A stretch of DNA of 64,000 bases from an uncultured Chitinophagales bacterium. GTDB taxonomy: Bacteria > Bacteroidota > Bacteroidia > Chitinophagales > JADIYW01. The notes under the pieces are model-generated. The model was not told the DNA's origin. It was given only the letters and a program-made list of their open reading frames with translations, and made no database searches. Position 1 is the first letter of the stretch. Each line of letters starts with the position of its first letter. Where the stretch lies: NCBI GenBank assembly GCA_964490845.1, contig CAZBED010000004.1:587-64586 (forward strand), in the 5' to 3' direction. Shown here piece after piece: positions 38,007-45,958 of the stretch. The position numbers and the translations under genes are program-made.

Positions 38007-38420
38007 TTAGCAATATTCGTCATAAGCTGCCACTAAATTATCCGCTATCATTTTTGCAGGGCGGCCTTCAATCATGTGACGCTCGATGAAATGTACCAGT
38101 TTACCGTCTTTGAACAAGCCAATGCTCGGTGAGCTTGGTGGGTAAGGGAAGGTAAATTCCCTGGCTTTAGAAACCGCATCGCCATCAACACCGGCAAAAA
38201 CCGTCACTAAGTTTTTGGGATGTTTTGCATGCGTGATGGATGCCAATGCGGCAGGGCGTGCGTTTGCTGCTGCGCAACCGCAAACAGAGTTGATTACCAG
38301 TAAAGTGGTTCCTTCTTTTTCTGTCAGAATTTCCGATACTTCTTCCGGAGTTTTCAATGCTTTGAACCCTGCATTCGTTAATTGTTCTTCGCAAGGTTTG
38401 GTGATGTGTTCTGGATACAT
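38007..38420 (-). CDS. bacilliredoxin (BrxA/BrxB, YphP/YqiW, DUF1094 family)
   Basis: Thioredoxin-like protein of about 137 aa with a CGC active site in context VINSVCGCAAANARPA. Confidence 0.75.
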   Translation of the reverse strand: MYPEHITKPCEEQLTNAGFKALKTPEEVSEILTEKEGTTLLVINSVCGCAAANARPAALASITHAKHPKNLVTVFAGVDGDAVSKAREFTFPYPPSSPSIGLFKDGKLVHFIERHMIEGRPAKMIADNLVAAYDEYC

Positions 38421-38574
38421 ATTGTTTTAATTTGATAATTTGATGATGATATAATTTGATAATGTTTGTACAAAAATGGTGCAATTTATTATCTCTGACA
38501 ATTTGTCTATTTTTTAGGATTGTAAAACAACTAATTATTTCATTGTTACATTGTTATATTACTTCATAATTTCA

Positions 38575-38904
38575 TTACAAAAACCCCAGTTCCAGTTTTG
38601 CCGTTTCACTCATCATTTCCTGGTCCCAGGTAGGTTCAAACGTAATCTCCACTTTACAGCTTTTTACACCTTCAATTGCAGAAATTTTTTGTTCCACTTC
38701 AGCAGGCAAACTTTCTGCCGCCGGACAGTTCGGTGCAGTCAGTGTCATTAGTACATGTACATTATTATCTATATCTACATTCACCTCATAAATCAATCCC
38801 AATTCATAGATATTCACCGGAATTTCCGGGTCATAAATAGTCTGAATCTGCTGTATGGCTTCGTCTTTTATCTCCATGAATGATTTTTGTGTCACTGTTT
38901 CCAT
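38575..38904 (-). CDS. sufT: DUF59-type Fe-S cluster assembly protein (SufT-like)
   Basis: Motifs DPEIPVNIYELGLIY and MTLTAPNCPA typical of DUF59/SufT. Distal gene of the suf operon. Confidence 0.7.
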   Translation of the reverse strand: METVTQKSFMEIKDEAIQQIQTIYDPEIPVNIYELGLIYEVNVDIDNNVHVLMTLTAPNCPAAESLPAEVEQKISAIEGVKSCKVEITFEPTWDQEMMSETAKLELGFL

Positions 38905-38924
38905 TTTTTAGTTATATCACAGAG

Positions 38925-38950
38925 TTTCACTGAGAAATTTCACTGAGAAA
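38925..38950. repeat. perfect tandem 13-mer TTTCACTGAGAAA x2
   Basis: 38925-38937 equals 38938-38950. Lies between the sufT-like start and the GxxExxY stop. Confidence 0.9.
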
Positions 38951-38954
38951 CTCA

Positions 38955-39330
38955 TTAATTTATAATTCTTTTTATTCCATCTTTTAACAATGTCTCATTA
39001 AAATTGATTAGTAATCCAAGTTTATAATTACCCAATTTTAAATAAGTTAATAATTGTGCTTTATGAACATCCATTATAAAATCAACCGTTTTAAGCTCTA
39101 CAACTATTTTATTTTCTACTAATAAATCCATTCTATACCCATAATCTAATTTTATTTCTTTATAAACTATAGGCATGGCAATTTCTCTCTTTACATTAAA
39201 ACCATTATTTCTTTAATTCATAAAATAAACATTCTTTATAAGCAGATTCTAATAAGCCCGGACCTAATTGTTTATGTATTTCAATAGAGCACCCAATTAT
39301 CGCATCTGTTATTTGATTTAGTTCTTGCAT
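38955..39330 (-). pseudogene. GxxExxY family (PD-(D/E)xK-like) protein gene disrupted by a 1-nt frameshift
   Basis: My translation from ATG 39330 gives [41 protein letters not shown] then TAA. The next frame continues NGFNVKREIAMPIVYKEIKLDYGYRMDLLVENKIVVELK (track ORF 38955..39176). Deleting one T in AAGAAATAATGG restores ELKKNGF. Confidence 0.7.
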
Positions 39331-39372
39331 TTTTTTTCTGTGTCTTCTCCGTGTTTTTTGTGATATTTTTAA

Positions 39373-39792
39373 TTAGTTCGCTTGAAAGGCTATACCGTAT
39401 GTTTTCATTTTTTTTATCATGCTTACCAGTCCGTTGGCGCGAGTAGGAGAAAGGTGTTCTTTCAGTCCTATCTTCTCAATAAAATATAATTCACTCTCCG
39501 CTATTTCCTTCGGGGTGTGGCCGCTTAGTACTTTTACTAACAATCCAACAATTCCTTTAGTGATGATGGCATCTGAATCCGCGAAGAAAAACACCTTGCC
39601 ATCCTTCAATTCAGCATGCAGCCACACTTTGCTCTGGCATCCGTGAATCCGGTTATCTTCCGTTTTATACTGTTCTGCAATCAACGGCAGGGATTTTCCA
39701 AACTCAATTAGATATTCATATTTGTCGTTCCAGTCTTCGTATATGGAAAAGTCTTCAATGATTTCGTTTTGTATGTCGTTGATAGGTTGCAT
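39373..39792 (-). CDS. sufE: SufE-family cysteine desulfuration (sulfur acceptor) protein
   Basis: Conserved Cys context IHGCQSKVWL, about 139 aa. 1-nt overlap with sufS. Confidence 0.85.
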   Translation of the reverse strand: MQPINDIQNEIIEDFSIYEDWNDKYEYLIEFGKSLPLIAEQYKTEDNRIHGCQSKVWLHAELKDGKVFFFADSDAIITKGIVGLLVKVLSGHTPKEIAESELYFIEKIGLKEHLSPTRANGLVSMIKKMKTYGIAFQAN

Positions 39793-41012
39793 TAACTGAG
39801 CATTCGTTTAGCTTTTAAAATCCCTTCGACCAAAAAATCGACTTCTTCTTTGGTATTGTAAAATGCAAAGGACGCGCGGCAGGTACCCGGTATTCCGAAA
39901 TGATCCATGACCGGTTGCGCGCAGTGATGTCCGGTTCGTATGGCGATGCCCATATTATCCAATAATACGCCAACGTCATACGGATGTATGCCATCCAGCA
40001 AAAAAGAAATTACCGAAGACTTATGCGCTGCCGTACCATATATTTTCAACCCTTCTATTTGCGATAATTGCGCAGTAGCATAGTTCAGCAATTCCGTTTC
40101 ATACTGACGGATATTTTCCAGTCCTAATTGTTGTACATAGTCGACGGCGGTTCCCAAAGCAATGCAACCGGCAATGTTTGGGGTGCCTGCTTCAAACTTA
40201 AAAGGCAGGTCATTAAATACAGTGGCTTTGAACGAAACCGATTTGATCATATCGCCTCCGCCTTCAAACGGAGGCATAGTATTTAAGATATCTGCTTTTC
40301 CATACAAAATGCCGGTACCTGTTGGGCCGTATAATTTATGGCCGGAAAATACCAGAAAGTCGCAATCCAGGGCCTGTACATCAATCGTGAAATGCTGAAC
40401 AGCCTGTGCCGCATCGATCAGGATTTTAGCCCCGTTTTTATGTGCCAGCGCTACCAGTTCCTGGACAGGATTTATTGTGCCCAAAGCATTGGAAACGTAG
40501 GTCACGCTGACCAATTTCGTTTTAGGTGTAATCAGTTGTTCCGCATCCTCCATACGTATGGAGCCATCCGCTTGCAGCGGAATATATTTCAACACACACT
40601 TTTTCTCTTCACACAGCATTTGCCATGGAACGATATTGGAATGATGTTCCATCTCTGTCACCACGATTTCGTCGCCTTCGACAATGAATGTTCTGCCAAA
40701 CGTGTAAGCCACCAAATTAATGGCGTTGGTGGTACCCTTCGTATATATGATTTCGTGTTCGTGTTTCGCGTTGATAAAATGCTGAACCTGTCGGCGTACT
40801 TCCTCATAGCGTTCCGTACCTACCTGCGATAAATAATGAACGCCGCGGTGAATGTTGGCATATTGATGTTCGTAGTAAAATTTTTCCGCATCAATCACTG
40901 CTTTAGGCTTTTGTGTGGATGCGCCATTATCTAAATATACGAGTTGCTTTCCCCTGATCTTTTCCTGCAGGATGGGGAAGTCGGCTCGTATTTGTGCTAT
41001 GTTCAGTGACAT
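39792..41012 (-). CDS. sufS: cysteine desulfurase SufS (class V aminotransferase, group II)
   Basis: PLP-Lys context FSGHKLYGPTG and catalytic Cys loop RTGHHCAQP; 406 aa. Confidence 0.95.
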   Translation of the reverse strand: MSLNIAQIRADFPILQEKIRGKQLVYLDNGASTQKPKAVIDAEKFYYEHQYANIHRGVHYLSQVGTERYEEVRRQVQHFINAKHEHEIIYTKGTTNAINLVAYTFGRTFIVEGDEIVVTEMEHHSNIVPWQMLCEEKKCVLKYIPLQADGSIRMEDAEQLITPKTKLVSVTYVSNALGTINPVQELVALAHKNGAKILIDAAQAVQHFTIDVQALDCDFLVFSGHKLYGPTGTGILYGKADILNTMPPFEGGGDMIKSVSFKATVFNDLPFKFEAGTPNIAGCIALGTAVDYVQQLGLENIRQYETELLNYATAQLSQIEGLKIYGTAAHKSSVISFLLDGIHPYDVGVLLDNMGIAIRTGHHCAQPVMDHFGIPGTCRASFAFYNTKEEVDFLVEGILKAKRMLS

Positions 41013-41074
41013 GTTTATTTTTTACCACCAAGACACTAAGTTCACTAAATGATCTCTGTGTCTTAGTGGTTATA

Positions 41075-42304
41075 CTAAAATTCAATGTTCAATAATTCTG
41101 CAATTCGTTTTTCCAATTTCTCTTTCAGTGCTTCGTGCTTAATCTTCTCCACCACTTCTTCTCCAAATGCAAACACTAATATGCTTCGTCCCAGTTCTTT
41201 ACCAATTCCTCGTGCCTGCAAATAGAACAACTCGCTGTCTTCAATCTGCGCGGAAGTAGCCCCATGCGAGCATTTCACATCATCGGCAAAGATTTCCAGT
41301 TGCGGCTTCGTATATATATTTGCTTCGTTGCTCAAGAGAATATTGCGGTTGCTCTGAAAAGCATTGGTTTTCTGTGCGGCTTGTTTTACCATAATCCGGC
41401 CGTTAAAAATACCGGTGGAGCGTCCGCCCAAAATACCCTTATACAACTCGAAACTTTCACAGTTTGCCACATTATGGTTAATCAGGGTACGGTTGTCGAC
41501 ATGTTCATCCGATAGCAACAGATACAACCCGTTCATGTGCGATTCAGCACGCTCACCATTAACGTCGAATTGCAACACATTGCGGGTGATACCGCCGGTC
41601 AGGGTAAGCGTAGTGACATTGCAAACAGAAGTTGCTTCCTGAGTGATAAACGTATTGTCCGTAATGTTATATGCGGTTCCGCCGTCCTGAATTTTATACC
41701 ATTCCACAAGGGCGCTTTGCGCCACTTCTATATGTGTTACCACATTATGGTAAGCCGGCGTATTTTCATAGTTGATATAATATTCCGCCACTTTGACCTG
41801 ACTATTTTTTCCCACTTTGATGCGGTTCCTCAGGTTCACTATTTCCTTGCTGTCCCGGCTTATATAAAATATCTCTATCAGGTCTTCTTGTACTAAATTT
41901 TCTCCGATTTCCAGATAAATGCCATCCGAAGCCAACGCGTTATTGAACTCTAAAAGAAAATCTTTGGTATTGGTTTCAGCGACGTTGTTACTGTTCCAAA
42001 AGTTCATTTTAGGCTGAACTGTCAGGGTAGATAATTCGGGATGAAAAATTCCGTTTAGGAATACAATCCTGTTGGGTGATACGGAGTTGGCTTCGATGAA
42101 TTCTTTTTCAATTTCTATACTTGTTGAGTCATTGAGACTTGCCATGTGTGCTGCAGGCGTAAATCCCTGCTGTAAAATCTTATTGTAATAGGTGTATTTC
42201 CATTCTTCTTGTTTCATCGACGGAATGCCAATATTGATAGCATTCTGCAAGGAAGTTTGCTGATTCTTATCTGAACGCGTAATATTTTTTAATTCTTCAA
42301 TCAT
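41075..42304 (-). CDS. sufD: Fe-S cluster assembly protein SufD
   Basis: C-terminal SufB/D beta-helix motifs (KPQLEIFADDVKCSHGATSAQIE, LFYLQARGI). Position between sufC and sufS. Confidence 0.85.
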   Translation of the reverse strand: MIEELKNITRSDKNQQTSLQNAINIGIPSMKQEEWKYTYYNKILQQGFTPAAHMASLNDSTSIEIEKEFIEANSVSPNRIVFLNGIFHPELSTLTVQPKMNFWNSNNVAETNTKDFLLEFNNALASDGIYLEIGENLVQEDLIEIFYISRDSKEIVNLRNRIKVGKNSQVKVAEYYINYENTPAYHNVVTHIEVAQSALVEWYKIQDGGTAYNITDNTFITQEATSVCNVTTLTLTGGITRNVLQFDVNGERAESHMNGLYLLLSDEHVDNRTLINHNVANCESFELYKGILGGRSTGIFNGRIMVKQAAQKTNAFQSNRNILLSNEANIYTKPQLEIFADDVKCSHGATSAQIEDSELFYLQARGIGKELGRSILVFAFGEEVVEKIKHEALKEKLEKRIAELLNIEF

Positions 42305-42388
42305 TTTTTGTTTGTTTTATTGTCTTTCGGTCATAGCGAGAAATCTTACTAAATTTCAGAAGATTCCCATTTTTTTTCAGAATGACCG

Positions 42389-43141
42389 TTACGCGATTTC
42401 CAGTTCTTTCACCCAATCGTATCCTTTTTCTTCCAACTCCAGGGCTAAATGTTTATCTCCGGTCTTCACGATGCGTCCATCGTACATCACGTGTACAAAA
42501 TCCGGTACGATATAATCCAGCAAACGTTGATAGTGGGTGATGATGATAAACGCATTATCTTTGGTGCGCAGTTTGTTCACGCCATTCGCTACAATGCGCA
42601 GCGCGTCGATATCAAGACCGGAATCCGTTTCATCCAGTATGGCGAGTTTCGGATCCAGCATGGCCATCTGGAAGATTTCGTTGCGTTTTTTCTCGCCGCC
42701 GGAAAATCCCTGATTGACAGAACGGGAGATGAAGTCTTTTTTCATTTCCACCAGTTCCATTTTTTCACGCATGAGTTTCAGGAAATCATTGGGCGCCATC
42801 GGGTCTAAGCCTTTGGATTTTCGGATTTCATTGACGGCTGCTTTCAGGAAGTTGGCATTGCTTACACCCGGAATTTCCACCGGATACTGGAAGGCAAGGA
42901 ATACACCTGCCTGTGCCCGCTCTTCCGGTTCGAGTGCAAATAAATTTTCCCCTTCGAATTCGACAGCACCTTCCGTGACTTCGTACCCCTCTTTACCGGT
43001 CAGTACTGCTGCCAGCGTAGATTTTCCGGTACCATTCGGCCCCATGATAGCGTGCACTTCACCGGGATTCACTTCCAATGTAAACCCCTTCAGGATTTCT
43101 TTTCCGGCGATGGATGCGTGTAAATTGTTTATTTTAAGCAT
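42389..43141 (-). CDS. sufC: Fe-S cluster assembly ATPase SufC
   Basis: Walker [13 protein letters not shown] signature FSGGEKKR and Walker [11 protein letters not shown]. Confidence 0.95.
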   Translation of the reverse strand: MLKINNLHASIAGKEILKGFTLEVNPGEVHAIMGPNGTGKSTLAAVLTGKEGYEVTEGAVEFEGENLFALEPEERAQAGVFLAFQYPVEIPGVSNANFLKAAVNEIRKSKGLDPMAPNDFLKLMREKMELVEMKKDFISRSVNQGFSGGEKKRNEIFQMAMLDPKLAILDETDSGLDIDALRIVANGVNKLRTKDNAFIIITHYQRLLDYIVPDFVHVMYDGRIVKTGDKHLALELEEKGYDWVKELEIA

Positions 43142-43163
43142 GATGACAATGAGTTAATTTGAT

Positions 43164-43174
43164 AATTAGCGAAT
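43164..43174. repeat. left arm of 11-bp perfect inverted repeat (AATTAGCGAAT) bracketing the four-helix-bundle ORF
   Basis: Reverse complement of 43529-43539 (ATTCGCTAATT). Also part of the local hairpin AATTAGC-GAATTA-GCTAATT at 43164-43183. Confidence 0.85.
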
Positions 43175-43530
43175 TAGCTAATTGGTTTTTTAGATGTTGA
43201 AATGATTTTATTGATTATTTTTTTTAAGTTGATTAGTTTATCCAATAATGTCTGGTCAAAGTGATAGTTTTTTGAATCTCTGCATAATTCTAACCAATAT
43301 TCTGTTTCATCCGCTTCTTTTGCTGATATCTTTATTTTATGAATAAAATCTGATTTGCTTTCTGCATTTTGCGCTTCTCTGATATTAGCACCAACGGAAG
43401 TTCCAGATTTTAAAACTTGTCGGGCTATCACATATTTTTTGTGTTCATCCAGGATTTCAGTATATTCAATAATTGCCAATGCAAATTCATAACTAAGTTT
43501 TAGGATAATATTGTCTTCGTTATACTTCAT
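43174..43530 (-). CDS. four-helix-bundle protein (23S rRNA intervening-sequence protein family)
   Basis: 118 aa with a QVLKSGTSVGANIREAQNAESKSDFIHKIKISAKEADETEYWLEL core typical of the family. Inserted between sufB and sufC. Confidence 0.8.
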   Translation of the reverse strand: MKYNEDNIILKLSYEFALAIIEYTEILDEHKKYVIARQVLKSGTSVGANIREAQNAESKSDFIHKIKISAKEADETEYWLELCRDSKNYHFDQTLLDKLINLKKIINKIISTSKKPIS

Positions 43531-43539
43531 TCGCTAATT
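43529..43539. repeat. right arm of 11-bp perfect inverted repeat bracketing the four-helix-bundle ORF
   Basis: ATTCGCTAATT overlaps the ORF start codon (43528-43530). Confidence 0.85.
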
Positions 43540-43559
43540 GTTTAATCCTCACATTATTT

Positions 43560-45008
43560 TTACCCTACACTTCCTTCCAAACTGATTTCCAGTAATTTTC
43601 TCGCTTCTACGGCAAACTCCATGGGTAAATGATCCATGACTTCTTTACAGAAGCCGTTTACAATCATGGCTATCGCAGTCTCTTCGTCGATGCCGCGTTG
43701 CTGGAAATAGAACAACATGTCTTCACCGATTTTAGAGGTAGTGGCTTCATGTTCCACTTTGGCGCTGTTGTTGCTCACTTCCAGATACGGGAAGGTATGT
43801 GCGCCGCACTGGTCGCCCATCAGCAAGGAATCGCATTGAGAGAAATTGCGGGCATTCTCCGCTTTCTTATGTACTTTCACCAGGCCACGGTAGGAGTTCT
43901 GCGATTTACCGGCCGAAATACCTTTGGAAACAATACGGCTTTTCGTGTTTTTACCGATATGAATCATCTTGGTGCCTGTATCTGCCTGCTGGAAATTGTT
44001 GGTTACCGCCACAGAATAAAACTCACCAATGGAATTATCACCGGCTAGAATACAACTCGGATATTTCCATGTTATAGCGGAACCGGTTTCAACCTGCGTC
44101 CAGGATATTTTGGAATTGTTGCCTTTGCAGATACCACGTTTTGTTACAAAATTGTAGATACCGCCTTTGCCTTCTTTATCGCCGGGGTACCAGTTTTGCA
44201 CCGTTGAATATTTTATTTCCGCATTGTCCAGTGCAATCAGTTCCACGACTGCAGCGTGCAGCTGATTTTCATCACGCTGCGGAGCCGTGCAGCCTTCCAG
44301 ATAAGAGACATATGAGCCTTCATCGGCTACTAACAAGGTACGCTCGAACTGTCCGGAGCCGGCGGAGTTGATACGAAAATACGTACTCAGTTCCATCGGG
44401 CAGCGCACGCCTTTCGGAATATAGCAGAACGAGCCGTCAGAGAATACCGCGCTGTTCAGGGCTGCATAAAAATTATCTTTTTGAGGAACGACGGAACCAA
44501 TATATTTTTTCACGAGGTCGCCGTGCTCACGAATGGCTTCACTCATCGAACAGAAGATGATGCCTTTTTCTTTCAGTGTTTCCTGGAAGGTGGTTTTAAC
44601 GGAAACAGAGTCAAAGACCACATCTACAGCCACTCCGGACAGGCGTTTTTGTTCATCCAGCGAGATACCCAACTTTTCAAAGGTCTTGAGTAATTCCGGG
44701 TCCACTTCGTCCAATGAGGCCAACTCTTTTTTAGGCTTAGGAGCGGAGTAATAAATGATATCCTGAAAATTGACGGCAGGGTAGTGAACGTTGGCCCAGG
44801 TCGGCTCCGTCATTTTTTGCCATTCACGGAAAGCCTTTAAGCGCCATTCCAGCATCCATTCGGGCTCTTCCTTCTTGGCTGAAATGAAGCGCACTGTGTC
44901 TTCCGACAGTCCTTTTGGAGAAAATTCCTGTTCTATGTCTGTGACAAAGCCGTATTTGTACTCGGAATTAACAACATCTTCTAATATTTCATCTTGTGTT
45001 TCAGCCAT
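43560..45008 (-). CDS. sufB: Fe-S cluster assembly scaffold protein SufB
   Basis: Highly conserved SufB sequence ([50 protein letters not shown]). I prefer ATG 45008 (MAETQDEIL). The track start at 45044 is a TTG lying inside a TAAATTTG promoter box. Confidence 0.95.
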   Translation of the reverse strand: MAETQDEILEDVVNSEYKYGFVTDIEQEFSPKGLSEDTVRFISAKKEEPEWMLEWRLKAFREWQKMTEPTWANVHYPAVNFQDIIYYSAPKPKKELASLDEVDPELLKTFEKLGISLDEQKRLSGVAVDVVFDSVSVKTTFQETLKEKGIIFCSMSEAIREHGDLVKKYIGSVVPQKDNFYAALNSAVFSDGSFCYIPKGVRCPMELSTYFRINSAGSGQFERTLLVADEGSYVSYLEGCTAPQRDENQLHAAVVELIALDNAEIKYSTVQNWYPGDKEGKGGIYNFVTKRGICKGNNSKISWTQVETGSAITWKYPSCILAGDNSIGEFYSVAVTNNFQQADTGTKMIHIGKNTKSRIVSKGISAGKSQNSYRGLVKVHKKAENARNFSQCDSLLMGDQCGAHTFPYLEVSNNSAKVEHEATTSKIGEDMLFYFQQRGIDEETAIAMIVNGFCKEVMDHLPMEFAVEARKLLEISLEGSVG

Positions 45009-45041
45009 AAGTCGGAGGGTTGCACTACCAAATATTTGGTA

Positions 45042-45049
45042 CAAATTTA
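45042..45049 (-). promoter_or_regulatory. candidate -7 box TAAATTTG for suf operon
   Basis: Exact consensus match on the minus strand, 33 nt before ATG 45008. A second match (TAGATTTG) lies at 45053-45060. Confidence 0.4.
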
Positions 45050-45130
45050 GACCAAATCTAAATACAAAACAATTATTATTTAGATTGGTTCCAAATAAAC
45101 GTATTTTTTTTATGTTAATTGTCTAAAGAT

Positions 45131-45138
45131 TATTTTTG
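45131..45138 (+). promoter_or_regulatory. candidate -7 box TATTTTTG, 6 nt before ATG 45145
   Basis: Exact consensus match. Confidence 0.45.
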
Positions 45139-45144
45139 AGGATT

Positions 45145-45897
45145 ATGAAAAACCTGTTTTTGCTTTTTTCTCTGATAATTTGTACTCTACAGGTTAATGC
45201 ACAAATAGTAAATATTGAAGCGGAGCGCTACACAACGGATACAACAGGCTGGCGGGGAAATTATAATCTAGGATTTACTTTTGGAAAGCAGGCTGTTAAA
45301 TATTTCGCATTCAGCAATACGGCTCATATACAGTATAAAACGAAACGAAACCTGTATCTGATATTGGGGAGTATTGATTTGATTAAATCGGACAATCAAC
45401 AACTGATTAATTCCGGATTCTTTCACTTCAGGTACAATTATAAGATTAAAGAATGGTTGCGATGGGAAGCTTTTACTCAAATTCAGTACAACAAACTAAA
45501 TGGCATCCGTTTGAGATACCTGTTAGGCACCGGCCCCAGATTTAAAGCGGTACAGGTGGAGAAATTTAAAACCTATATAGGTACGCTGTATATGCTGGAG
45601 TATGAAATAAATAATGACAGAACGCAGAGATTACTTCAAGGCAGGTTCAGTGCATATTTAAGTTTTAGCCTGAGGCCTATCAAAACACTGGAAATTGTCA
45701 GTACTACGTATTATCAGCCCAGATTTGATGATACTAAGGACTACAGAATTTCTACGGATAATTCAATCAGTTTCCGGTTTCATAAGATATTGTCTTTTGG
45801 TGTAAACTTTCGGTTGAATTTTGACAGCCGGCCTCCTGTGGGCGCTGTTACCACGCTGACCTATCAGTTAGAAAACAAATTGAGAGTGGATTTTTGA
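45145..45897 (+). CDS. DUF481-like outer-membrane beta-barrel protein
   Basis: Signal peptide MKNLFLLFSLIICTLQVNAQ, alternating beta-strand pattern, C-terminal aromatic residue (VDF). Start moved to ATG 45145 because the track TTG at 45136 lies inside the TATTTTTG box. Confidence 0.55.
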   Translation: MKNLFLLFSLIICTLQVNAQIVNIEAERYTTDTTGWRGNYNLGFTFGKQAVKYFAFSNTAHIQYKTKRNLYLILGSIDLIKSDNQQLINSGFFHFRYNYKIKEWLRWEAFTQIQYNKLNGIRLRYLLGTGPRFKAVQVEKFKTYIGTLYMLEYEINNDRTQRLLQGRFSAYLSFSLRPIKTLEIVSTTYYQPRFDDTKDYRISTDNSISFRFHKILSFGVNFRLNFDSRPPVGAVTTLTYQLENKLRVDF

Positions 45898-45946
45898 CAC
45901 AGAAATTAAATAATAGTTAGGTTGAGTACCATTCGGGATTAAACCT

Positions 45947-45954
45947 TATTTTTG
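45947..45954 (+). promoter_or_regulatory. candidate -7 box TATTTTTG, 4 nt before ATG 45959 (leaderless architecture)
   Basis: Exact consensus match. Confidence 0.45.
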
Positions 45955-45958
45955 TTTT

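Noticed and set aside
38185-38484. 99-aa ORF overlapping the bacilliredoxin gene on the same strand in another frame
   Set aside because: The bacilliredoxin frame carries the conserved CGC thioredoxin-like motif. The overlapping frame is Arg/His-rich and looks like nonsense.
42312-42515. 67-aa plus-strand ORF spanning the sufC-sufD spacer
   Set aside because: It runs antisense into sufC and has neither a motif nor a promoter box. The spacer is better explained as a structured RNA region.
40162-44751. Many 60-165-aa ORFs antisense to or off-frame in sufS, sufD, sufC and sufB (e.g. 40338..40832, 41537..41896, 42449..42808, 42714..43157, 43629..44048)
   Set aside because: All are nested in strongly conserved suf genes and have no recognisable motifs. 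The same applies to ORFs antisense to htrA (11573..11947, 12248..12658), the kor genes, phoD and others.
45009-45044. ORF-track N-terminal extension of SufB ([12 protein letters not shown]) starting at 45044
   Set aside because: The start is a TTG that forms part of a TAAATTTG -7 box. The conserved SufB sequence begins at ATG 45008 (MAETQDEIL).
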